Positions 8,728 to 17,700 are shown, counted from the stretch's first letter. The stretch is 19,207 nt of DNA from Candidatus Ozemobacteraceae bacterium (GCA_965140445.1 OZ223235.1:1-19207), one strand, 5' to 3'. Numbers and translations: made by a program. The notes: generated by a model from the sequence alone, not told the origin.

Positions 8728-10078
8728 AAGCATTTCCGGGGAGAACAAAGCAATCTTCAAACTTATTCTTCTGAGCATTTATGCTGTTCTGGCTGTAATA
8801 AGCTATAAATTAGGGTTTAGGCCATTCACCGAAAAAATAGAGGCAGGGCAATCTTTATTTTTGCTCCAACTGGGTAGAACCATGGGCATATTTGCCATTT
8901 CTCTATTATTGACCGCACCAATATTAGCGCTAAAAAGTAAAATTCTGGACAGAGCTTTTTCTCTGGATCAAATGTATTGGTATCATAAGGCAACTGCGCT
9001 TCTATGCATAACTATGGCAACAGCACATCCCCTTTTAATTGATATTTCAAAGCTTATACCTGAACCTGGGCCCGGTGAAGCTGAATGGCCAGAACTTCTA
9101 GGGACTATTGGTTTAATAGCACTTTGGTCATTAGTCTGTACTTCAATTTTTAGAAAGTTCCTTATGCTTGGTTATGAAGGATGGAGAAAAACCCATCTTG
9201 TTTCAGCGGGATTAAGATATGCAGCAGTAATCCACGTTTTTTCAATTCAACCAGAAGCGAGAAACGGCGGCTTTTTTTACTTTCTGGCTTCTATTGCTGC
9301 CTTATCAATAGGATTTGCTCTTTGGGACAAATTAATAGCTCCTTTTGCTTTAAAAAATGAGCGTGGATATATGCTTAAATCGACAAAAGAGGTTGCTCCT
9401 GACATTTTTGAGCTAATTCTTAAGCCTCAACCTGAAAAGCCAATTTTCGAATATTCTCCGGGGCAATTTGCGTATCTTAAAATTAAATCAGATACATTTT
9501 TATATGAATCACACCCATTTACTATAGCTTCTTCTTCTACAGATAAAGAAAAACTGGCTTTCTACGTGAAAGGGATAGGCGACTGGACAAAGAAACTTAG
9601 CAACCTTCCAACAGAAACAGAAGCGGAAATAATTGGTCCGTTCGGAAAGTTTTCCCCCTTCTTATTTAACGGGAAAACTGAAAAGCTGATATTTATCGCC
9701 GGAGGAATTGGTATAACACCGTTCATTGGTTTAATTAGATCGCTTTCAAATATGGAAAACAAGATACCAGTTCTCCTGCTCTGGTCTAGCAAAACATCTA
9801 AAGATTTTTTGCAAATAGATGAATTTGAAACGCTTCAGAAAACTTATCCAGAATTTCAGTATAAGCTTTTTGTATCTGATGAAAAACCGCATGGGGTCTT
9901 TATTGGTTCCAGAATCAACAAAGACATTCTTTCAGATCATTTAAAGAAATTTGTGCCAGGAACTCAAGCAATGGTTTGTGGGCCACCAATGATGATGAAA
10001 GCAGTCAAAACAGACTTGATTTCAATAGGTTTTCCTAAGGAAAATATCCATTATGAAGACTTTTCATATCTTGATTAG
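8720..10078 (+). CDS. Ferric-reductase-like transmembrane flavocytochrome (FRD + FAD-binding + NAD(P)H-binding); bacterial NOX/SpNOX-like
   Basis: Bis-heme His pairs H-x13-H (HKATALLCITMATAH) and H-x12-H (HLVSAGLRYAAVIH). Dehydrogenase motifs YSPGQF, HPFTIASS, GDWT, GPFG, IAGGIGITPF, VCGPPMM and terminal EDF. Confidence 0.92.
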   Translation: MNKSISGENKAIFKLILLSIYAVLAVISYKLGFRPFTEKIEAGQSLFLLQLGRTMGIFAISLLLTAPILALKSKILDRAFSLDQMYWYHKATALLCITMATAHPLLIDISKLIPEPGPGEAEWPELLGTIGLIALWSLVCTSIFRKFLMLGYEGWRKTHLVSAGLRYAAVIHVFSIQPEARNGGFFYFLASIAALSIGFALWDKLIAPFALKNERGYMLKSTKEVAPDIFELILKPQPEKPIFEYSPGQFAYLKIKSDTFLYESHPFTIASSSTDKEKLAFYVKGIGDWTKKLSNLPTETEAEIIGPFGKFSPFLFNGKTEKLIFIAGGIGITPFIGLIRSLSNMENKIPVLLLWSSKTSKDFLQIDEFETLQKTYPEFQYKLFVSDEKPHGVFIGSRINKDILSDHLKKFVPGTQAMVCGPPMMMKAVKTDLISIGFPKENIHYEDFSYLD

Positions 10079-10109
10079 CAAATAAAAAAACAGTTAACTT
10101 TAATAAAGA

Positions 10110-10149
10110 AAAACCACAGACAAAAGCCGACTGTGGTTTTCTTTTTTTT
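10110..10149 (+). terminator. Intrinsic terminator
   Basis: AAAACCACAG-11 nt loop-CTGTGGTTTT followed by C and a T8 run, about 30 nt after the stop at 10078. Confidence 0.8.
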
Positions 10150-10196
10150 GAAGTCAACGCCTCTTTGAATTGAAGATTTTTTCTGATGCTTGTGCG

Positions 10197-10206
10197 TGAT
10201 ATACTT
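10197..10206 (+). promoter_or_regulatory. Putative extended -10 promoter for the signalling operon
   Basis: TGaTATACTT lies between the terminator and the kinase start. It is the same 10-mer as the one upstream of the hybrid kinase. Confidence 0.5.
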
Positions 10207-10260
10207 TTAACGTGTTTTTAATGATTAGAAAATCAGAAAACCTTTTTGAAGGATTTACCA

Positions 10261-11145
10261 GTGAAAGAAACCGAATCAAGAATCTTGAATCAACCCAAAA
10301 AGCCGAAAGCCAGTCAAGAAAAACTGAAAATGCTCGGCGGGTTAATATCGGGAATTACTCATGAAATCAACACCCCAATGCATTACCTCGAGAACAACCT
10401 AACCTTTCTAAAATTTGCTTTTAAGGATCTTTTGGACCTGGATCTCAAGTATCAACAAATTCTTACAAAAGTTAAAAATGGCGAAAAAATTACAGAAAAA
10501 GATTGGCAAAACCTTTCAGAAGCAGAAAAGGAAGCCGACCCGGAGTATCTTAGAAAAGAAGGGGAGCAGGCATTAGAGCAATCATTAGAAGGTGTTGCAA
10601 TGGTTTCAAGGTTAGTTCTTGCCTTAAAAGATTTTTCCCATCCATCCTTGCACAATTTCTCGCTAACGGACATAAACAAATGTCTGGATACGGTTTGTAC
10701 TATTTCGAGGCATGAATGGAACCGCGTAGCCGAGTTGGAGCTGAATTTTTCGAGAGATCTTCCCTACCTGTTTGCGTCAAGAGATGAGCTCCATCAGGTA
10801 TTTTTGAACATTGTAGTCAACGCAGCTCATGCCATTGGGGAAAAAATTTCCAATGGCGACTATGATCGAGGTAAGATTCTGATCAGCACCAAAACAAGTG
10901 GCGATAAAATTGAAATTAAAATTAGTAATGATGGGCCTGAAATCCCCGCCGAAAACCAGAAATTAATTTTTCAGCCGGACTATACGACCAAAGAAGCGGG
11001 TAAAGGAACTGGCTTAGGCTTGAGTCTTGTTAAACAAATTGTTGAAGATGCTCATCACGGAGAGATCAAATTAACCTCCGATAACAAATCAGGAACAACC
11101 TTCACTATAATTCTGCCTCACAGGCCCAATGAAACAGAGCTGTAA
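10261..11145 (+). CDS. Cytoplasmic histidine kinase consisting only of HisKA + HATPase (no sensor domain)
   Basis: H-box LGGLISGITHEINTP, N-box QVFLNIVVNAAHAI, G1 SNDGPEIP, F-box IFQPDYTTK, G2 [11 protein letters not shown] 10261 is preferred over TTG 10246 because AAGGA (10249-10253) lies 7 nt upstream of it. Confidence 0.9.
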   Translation: MKETESRILNQPKKPKASQEKLKMLGGLISGITHEINTPMHYLENNLTFLKFAFKDLLDLDLKYQQILTKVKNGEKITEKDWQNLSEAEKEADPEYLRKEGEQALEQSLEGVAMVSRLVLALKDFSHPSLHNFSLTDINKCLDTVCTISRHEWNRVAELELNFSRDLPYLFASRDELHQVFLNIVVNAAHAIGEKISNGDYDRGKILISTKTSGDKIEIKISNDGPEIPAENQKLIFQPDYTTKEAGKGTGLGLSLVKQIVEDAHHGEIKLTSDNKSGTTFTIILPHRPNETEL

Positions 11146-11160
11146 AACAGGAGACCATTT

Positions 11161-12366
11161 TTGAAATCATACAGACTTTTATTCGCAGACCCGGACAAAA
11201 ATGTGCACGATGGACACAGAAGAATGATCAAGGTCTTGAAACCTGATTGGATAGTACGATTTGCTTCCACTGCTCGCGAAGCCATGTCTGACATTGCATT
11301 GCTTAGACCAAATGTTATTATTTCAGAACTGAATTTAACTCTTGAAGATGGTTCAGATTTGCTAAAAGCTGTCCAGGAAGTCTATCCAGAGATAATTAGA
11401 ATTGTTCTTTCCAGTGAGCCTGACGGGCAATCAGAAATGGTTCTTAGAGCCACACAATCTGCTCACCGATTTTTAGCCAAGCCATACAAAAGCGAATTAT
11501 TGGTCGAACAAATTGAAAAAGCAAGAAACCTCCGTAAATTTCTCAGCAGCCCGGAACTCCTGGAAATAGTTGGAGGAATTCCGTATCTTCCCAGCCTCCC
11601 CAATCTATACCACGAGCTGATTAGAGCGATAGAGTCTCCTTTGATATCCTTGAGCGAAATTGGAGATATCATCTCACGCGATTTATCAATGACAAGTAGA
11701 ATTTTACATCTTGTAAACTCAGCTTTTTTTGGGCTTCCAAGAAAAATTTCAAATCCGCAAACCGCGGTAGTTATGCTTGGCATAAATGTAATAAAATCAT
11801 TGGTATTTTATGTAAAAATCTTTTTTGCAGCGCCAGACGTAGTATTGCCAGGCCTTTCGTTGGATAGTCTTTGGGAACATAGCTCAAAAACAGCAAGATT
11901 AAGCAAAGAGATTTCGGCTAATCTGGGCGCAAATGCCCAGGTTCAAGAAGATGCATTTCTTGCCGGAATGCTACACGATATTGGCAAATTACTACTTCTC
12001 GAACATCCGCGCTATTTTAAAAAAGTCTATATTGAACTCGAGAAAGATGAAAAGCTAGAGCTATCCACAGTTGAATATGAGTTATTTGGAACTTCCCATG
12101 CAGAAATTGGAGCATATCTCCTCGGATTATGGGGATTACCTGACCCAGTTGTTGAAGCTGTTGCATGCCACCATCGGCCATCTCAATTGAACTTTGAAAA
12201 TTCTACTGTTTTGATCTCCACCCACATTGCAAATGCACTTTTGCGCCAAACTAACAACCAAACAATAAGTTTAGACAAAGAAGTATTGAAAATTCCTAAA
12301 GTTGCCAAGCTGCTTGAAGAATGGGAAAAGAAAGCAGAAACCATTCACCAGGAAGTAATCGAATGA
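11161..12366 (+). CDS. Atypical receiver domain + HDOD domain protein
   Basis: REC-like N-terminus (LLFADPD..IISE..LSS..FLAKP). HDOD motifs LPSLP, ILHLVNSAFFG, LWEHS, AGMLHDIGKL, HAEIGAYLLGLWGLP, CHH. TTG start with AGGAG 7 nt upstream. Confidence 0.92.
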   Translation: MKSYRLLFADPDKNVHDGHRRMIKVLKPDWIVRFASTAREAMSDIALLRPNVIISELNLTLEDGSDLLKAVQEVYPEIIRIVLSSEPDGQSEMVLRATQSAHRFLAKPYKSELLVEQIEKARNLRKFLSSPELLEIVGGIPYLPSLPNLYHELIRAIESPLISLSEIGDIISRDLSMTSRILHLVNSAFFGLPRKISNPQTAVVMLGINVIKSLVFYVKIFFAAPDVVLPGLSLDSLWEHSSKTARLSKEISANLGANAQVQEDAFLAGMLHDIGKLLLLEHPRYFKKVYIELEKDEKLELSTVEYELFGTSHAEIGAYLLGLWGLPDPVVEAVACHHRPSQLNFENSTVLISTHIANALLRQTNNQTISLDKEVLKIPKVAKLLEEWEKKAETIHQEVIE

Positions 12367-13511
12367 AGCCAAAAATCCTACTGGTAGATGATGAGCGCAA
12401 TATCATTTTTTCCTATAGTCGAGGCTTAAGAAAAGATTGGGATTTAACAACGGCTATGAGTGGTGAAGAAGGATTAAAAGCAATAGAAGACCATGGACCA
12501 TTTTCAGTGATAGTATCTGATTTTAACATGCCAAGAATGGACGGCATTACTTTCCTGGTTAAATCTATGGATAAAAATCCAGAGGGCATACGCATGATGC
12601 TTACAGGAGAGGGAGACTTCCACATTGCCACCAAAGCAGTAAATGAAGGAAATATATTTAGATTTATAACCAAGCCTTGTCCGCTTGAGCAACTGGAAAA
12701 GGCTTTAAGGGATGGATATAAACAATATAAATTAACTCAGCTGGAAAAAGAATCCCGAAAAAAAGAAATGATTATAGCGGGTGAAATCCAAAACACCCTA
12801 TTACTTGGTAAGGTCCCAGAAAACCTTAATCACCTTGAAATAGCCGCATATACAATTCCATCAGCAGAAATCGATGGCGATTTTATAGATTTTTTCAGAT
12901 TTTCAGATGAAAAATTTGATCTGGTAATTGGTGATGTAATGGGCAAAGGACTTCATGCTGCAATGGTAGGAGCAGGAGCCAAAAGTGAATTACTCAGGGT
13001 TCTGTGGCAGCTATCTAATTCCAAACCAACAGATAAATTAGAGCCCAGCGAAATAATGGAATCCTTTCGCTCATCAATGAATCCAGGACTTGAGCAAATT
13101 AACAAGTTTATAACCATGATTTATGCACGGTTTGAAGCAAGTAAAAAAACAATGAGCTTTGTAGATGCTGGTCACACACCGATCCTGTGGTATTCAAAAT
13201 CAAATGCTAAATGGAGCGAGCTAAAAGGAATGAACTATCCGATAGGGATTCCACCCAAACGGGAATGCATTCAAACCACAGTAAATTTTGGCTCAGGTGA
13301 CATTTTCTTATTTTATTCAGACGGAATATTAGAAGGAAAAAACTCAGAAAACATTGCGTTTGGTGAAACATCGTTGATGGGTTTTCTAAAAAATTCCCAT
13401 GAGAAATCAGCAAAACTATTACTTGATGAGCTAATCGAGGAGTATAAAAACTTCGTCCAGACAGACCAGTATTTTGACGATTTCACAATAGTTGCCGTTA
13501 AAATAATCTGA
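12363..13511 (+). CDS. Response regulator with SpoIIE/RsbU-family PP2C phosphatase output domain
   Basis: Intact REC: LLVDDE..VSDFNMPRMDG..LTG..TKP. PP2C motifs GDFID, GDVMGKG, AGH, YSDG, DDFT. The real start is likely ATG 12363 (ATGA overlap with the upstream stop; AGGAAG at 12350-12355), not 12321. Confidence 0.93.
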   Translation: MKPKILLVDDERNIIFSYSRGLRKDWDLTTAMSGEEGLKAIEDHGPFSVIVSDFNMPRMDGITFLVKSMDKNPEGIRMMLTGEGDFHIATKAVNEGNIFRFITKPCPLEQLEKALRDGYKQYKLTQLEKESRKKEMIIAGEIQNTLLLGKVPENLNHLEIAAYTIPSAEIDGDFIDFFRFSDEKFDLVIGDVMGKGLHAAMVGAGAKSELLRVLWQLSNSKPTDKLEPSEIMESFRSSMNPGLEQINKFITMIYARFEASKKTMSFVDAGHTPILWYSKSNAKWSELKGMNYPIGIPPKRECIQTTVNFGSGDIFLFYSDGILEGKNSENIAFGETSLMGFLKNSHEKSAKLLLDELIEEYKNFVQTDQYFDDFTIVAVKII

Positions 13512-13532
13512 TAAACGATATTTAACCTGGAC

Positions 13533-13543
13533 TGTGTTACACT
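13533..13543 (+). promoter_or_regulatory. Putative extended -10 promoter of the 79-aa gene
   Basis: TGTGt-TACACT, 45 nt upstream of ATG 13589. Confidence 0.5.
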
Positions 13544-13588
13544 GCAGCCTGAGAATCAAAATCAATCAATAATTTAGAGAGGAATCAA

Positions 13589-13828
13589 ATGGCTAATAAT
13601 AGATCAAGCCTCATAAAAGCTCTTTTGGCAATCAGCCTAATGATCTTTGTAATGGGCTTTGTTGTTGTAAAAAGTGGTGCAATAGAGACTCAAATTGTAA
13701 AAAAAGAAGTGAAAGGGAAAACCCAGATAAAAAAATCATATAGATTTAACGCTGGAAAGATCCCAACTTATCTCAAATCAGTTGTGGCGCCGATAACTGG
13801 AAGCAAAGCAATTCTTGAAGGCGAATAG
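13589..13828 (+). CDS. Small hypothetical protein with an N-terminal membrane anchor/signal and a Lys-rich tail
   Basis: 79 aa, SD GAGAGGA at 13577-13583, hydrophobic ALLAISLMIFVMGFVVV. It fills the intergenic space without overlap. Confidence 0.75.
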   Translation: MANNRSSLIKALLAISLMIFVMGFVVVKSGAIETQIVKKEVKGKTQIKKSYRFNAGKIPTYLKSVVAPITGSKAILEGE

Positions 13829-13843
13829 AGTTTCAAAAATATT

Positions 13844-14647
13844 TTATCCGCCAATCTTTCCACTGGAATTATAAGTGCCCGTGGTTTTGCTGTAAATTTG
13901 ATTTGTTTTCTGATTTAGCTCGACTCTATACGCGGCTATTTTATCAAAAACTCCGCCATCCATGGATTTTTCTGGATCAATTCCATTTTTAACAAAATCA
14001 TTCAAACCAGAAAAAACAAACTCGTGCGTTTTCTCAATTTTTCCGCTAATTGCTTCAGGCAAGTCGCCAAGAATATTCTTTGCCTGTTTAAAGCCGGTTT
14101 CAATAGCTGCACCAATAAAATCGGCAAATTTTTGCCTTCCATCTTCATTATCGCCATTTTTCTTACCAATTTCACTCATAGCAAAAAAGCTGGTAGCCAC
14201 ATCTAGAATTCTCTGGGCCGTGTTTTCAGGGGAAAAATATTCTTCGAGAGCACTCAGCTGATTTTGTTCTTCAGCCCCCTCGGTTGTCTCTACTTCACCA
14301 GCCTGAGAATTTTCCCCGGATTCAATATTTTCATTTCCCGGAGCTTCTACCTGTCCGGAAGCCATCTGTAAAAATTCTAAACTTCCTTTAAATGAAAATG
14401 TCGTTTCCGATGTTTCAAAGCCATTTGCGCTATTCATGCTTCTTAAAGCCTGATAATTCACTTCAAATTGAGCCTGTGCAAAAACTATCTTACTTTTCGC
14501 CTCATCAGATAGCCCAAATTGATCTATATTTAGTCCCCGTTTTTGGTTCTCTTTGGTTTTGCCTGACTTTTGAGTTCTGGAGTCTTTCTGGTTCATCGCT
14601 TCCAGAGTTCTATTAAGCATGTCCGAAATCTTAATTTCATCAACCAT
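13844..14647 (-). CDS. DUF5610-like domain protein
   Basis: C-terminal FSPENTAQRILDVATSFF..F..IETGFKQAKNILG..IEKT....GL matches the DUF5610 pattern as I recall it. It is preceded by an acidic low-complexity linker. SD GAGGGGAG. Confidence 0.78.
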   Translation of the reverse strand: MVDEIKISDMLNRTLEAMNQKDSRTQKSGKTKENQKRGLNIDQFGLSDEAKSKIVFAQAQFEVNYQALRSMNSANGFETSETTFSFKGSLEFLQMASGQVEAPGNENIESGENSQAGEVETTEGAEEQNQLSALEEYFSPENTAQRILDVATSFFAMSEIGKKNGDNEDGRQKFADFIGAAIETGFKQAKNILGDLPEAISGKIEKTHEFVFSGLNDFVKNGIDPEKSMDGGVFDKIAAYRVELNQKTNQIYSKTTGTYNSSGKIGG

Positions 14648-14726
14648 CTTAAAAATCTCCCCTCTTTATTTTTATATGTACATAGCTAAAGAATACTCTT
14701 AATACTCAATAAAAGCCAGTGTGCCA

Positions 14727-14770
14727 AAATAAAAACCAATGCACCCTGGAGAGCAGAATGCATTTGTTTT
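14727..14770 (-). terminator. Intrinsic terminator of the dikinase-PGK fusion gene
   Basis: Minus strand AAAACaAATGCATTCTG-ctctc-CAGGGTGCATTgGTTTTTATTTT. Two U-G pairs work only on the minus-strand transcript. It starts about 20 nt after the stop at 14792. Confidence 0.75.
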
Positions 14771-14791
14771 CGTTTAAGATTTTGAACTGAG

Positions 14792-17700
14792 TTATTCTGA
14801 ATCCAGAACTGAAATACCAGGTAAGGTTAATCTTTCAAGAAACTCAAGACTAGCGCCGCCGCCAGTAGAAACATGGGTCATTTTTTCTGAAACGCCAGCG
14901 ATCTTAACCGCAGCAGATGAGTCACCGCCGCCAATAATAACCGTTTTGCCTTTTTCCGCAAGCCGCGCTAATTCATGCGACAATCTTATTGTACCTTCAG
15001 AGCCTTCTTTTATTTCAAAAGCCCCGATTGGTCCATTCCAGAGAATTGTCTCTGATTTTTCAAGAATTTCAACAGCATGATCGATTGATTCCTTGCCAAG
15101 ATCAAATGATTCCCAACCTTCTTTTATTGTTTTAACATTTCTTTCAAGATTTCCAACTCTTTGATTGGGAAAGTCAAATTTATCAGTTGTAACAAAATCT
15201 CTTGGAAGAATTATCTTATCGCCATACTTATCCATAAGCTTTCTGGCCGTTTCAAGCATCGACTCTTCAACCAAAGACTTCTGTACATCAAATCCAGTTG
15301 CTTTAAGCAAAGTGTAACCAATGCCCCCCCCAACTATGAGGAGATCAATTTTTTTGAGCAGAGATTCAATAATTCCAAGCTTAGTGGAGATCTTGGATCC
15401 TCCAGTGATTCCAACAAAAGGTCGCTTAGGCTTGCTGATTGTACTGCCCAGATATTTTAGTTCTTTTTCAATAAGAAGTCCTGCAAGCTTAATCGGTATG
15501 AACCTGGTAACTCCAGTAATTGAGGCGTGGCTTCTATGACTTGTTCCAAAGGCATCATTAACAAAAATGCCATCAGATAATTCAGCTAATCCTCTTGCAA
15601 ATACCGAATCATTTTCCTTTTCACCAATGGCGAATCTCAGATTTTCAATAATATTAATTTTGCCATTAACAACATCTTTCTTTTTTATCAAAACCCCAGA
15701 TGAAGCGATGCTCTTTTCAAGAAAAACTATATCCTTGAAATGCGTTTTCAGATATTCTGCAACTGGTCTCATGCTATATTCTGTGTAGATTTCCTCGCGA
15801 GATTTCCCTTTTTTCTCCTGCTTATCGGGTTCACCCAGATGTGAGCATAGAATGGGGGTAGCACCAGCTTCAATCAAATATTTAATGGTTGGAATTGCGG
15901 CATCTATTCGTGTGGAATCAGTTATTTGTCCATCATTAATAGGTACGTTCAAATCTAATCTCACCAAAACATTCTTATCTTGAAACAGGCTCTTATCAAC
16001 ACTTGTAATTACTTTTTTCTGAAAACCGGTTTCTTTTTCAAGAGTCGCGATTTTTTCCTGAATAATTCTTTCAATCTCAGAAGCCGCTTCTGCAGGGGAA
16101 CCAACAGTCCTGACCATATCAAGAATGTCTCGAGTACGAATAAAACTTCCTGAAAGAGGGACAGTACCTCGATAAATATACCCACCGTTAGCATCTAAAG
16201 TAATAAGCTCACCCTCTTGCAAAGTAACGTCCATTTCACCTTTAAACGTAACCGTTCTCTGCTCAAGGTCTATGACCGCATTTGAACACCCAACCACACA
16301 GGGTTTATTCAGAGTTATAGATGTAATAGCCGCATGAGATGTACGACCAGGGAAAACAGTAATAATTCCATGTGAGTTGTTTATGATGTAAAAATCCGAA
16401 GGTCTGGTGTTTTGTGCAAAATAGATGATATTTTCTCTATTGGCTTTCATCTCCTCAAGTTTATCCGGAGTGAGAACAAGCGCTCCCCAGGCAATGCCAT
16501 GATTGATTGACACACCCTCGCTAATTGGTGGTTTCCATTCTCTAAAATCCTTGTCGGCACGTGGGACAGAGATAAAGGCATTGGTAGCACAAATTCTTTC
16601 AATTCGTTTTTTTAGCTCATCCAATGAAATAATGCCGTTTTTGACCATGTCGGTATCAACCACAAGCTTGGCATAAGTACTAATACTGGCCCTTCTGGCT
16701 TGCAAAAGGTATAAGCGCCCATCTTCAACAGTAAACTCAATGTCGAGATCATGCTTAAGTCCCTTTTCAAGTATCTCTTTGTTTTGAATAAGCTCTTTTT
16801 CAAGATCTTTCGAAATATCACTAATTGGGCGAGTAATAACGTTTCCCATTACAACGTCTTCACCCTGGGTCATTTCCTGATACTCGCCAAAAAGTTCATT
16901 GCTGCCATTAATAGGGTTTCTGGTAAAAAGCACTCCACTTAAGCAGTTTTTATTCAGGTTGCCAAAAACCATTTGCTGTACTGTAACAGCTGTACCATAA
17001 ACCACCTGAATAGATAGTTCCTTGAGATATTCCCTAACATTTTTTGACCTGCTTGAAGCAAAAACAAGTTCAATACACTTAACAAGTTGTTCAAATGGCT
17101 TTTTCAGGAAATCATCTCCGAGCCCACGATTAACGAGGTCTTCAGCAATCTTGATAACTTCATCAATGCTATTGGAATTTTCATTGAGGAACCCAAGATC
17201 GGTTTCCATTGCTACAAGAGTATTTTTAAGGAAACGCAAATAGATACTTGAAGCAAACTTTTCTCCGTATCTTTCAGAAAGCTTTCCAATAATTTCGGGG
17301 GTCAAGCCAACATTTAACACAGTGCACATTGACCCCGGAAGAGATATCGTTGTACCCGAACGAACCGAAACAAGAAGCGGGTTATCCGCCGAACCAAGTT
17401 TTTTACCTGTTTTTTCTTCTAACTGGTTCAAGTATTTTTTTACAGCTGCTCTAAATCCATCTCGGTCCGGATTTTCGTTAAAAACTTCCTTACAAATCGG
17501 CAAGCCAAGTATAAAAGCAGAAGGAATGTTAATTCCCATGTTGCTCATATCTATAATGCTATTTCCTTTTCCGCCAAGATAAGGTCTTAACTTTTCTGGG
17601 GTTTTGGTCCAGGTTGTAGCAATGTAGGAATCAAAATCCCCAGCAACCTCTGGCAAATTAGTAATTCCATATTTTCCATAAAGGCTATTTTCTGCGCTTT

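Noticed and set aside
12321..12362. Longer start of the REC-PP2C gene
   Set aside because: It would overlap the HDOD gene by 46 nt. The REC fold begins at MKPKILLVDDE (12363) with an ATGA coupling and an SD.
13770..13796. GCCGATAA (sigma-28 -10 consensus) at 13789-13796
   Set aside because: No TAAA 15 nt upstream. It lies inside a CDS and points antisense into the next gene.
14711..14726. TGGCAC on the minus strand upstream of the DUF5610 gene as a sigma-54 promoter
   Set aside because: The -12 position reads CTTTT, not TTGC, so the GG-N10-GC spacing is not met.
16160..17600. Calling the large gene an ordinary ppdK or a ppdK pseudogene
   Set aside because: The PEP/pyruvate barrel is absent, so it cannot be a canonical PPDK. 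The frame is intact and the catalytic motifs are retained, so decay is not indicated.
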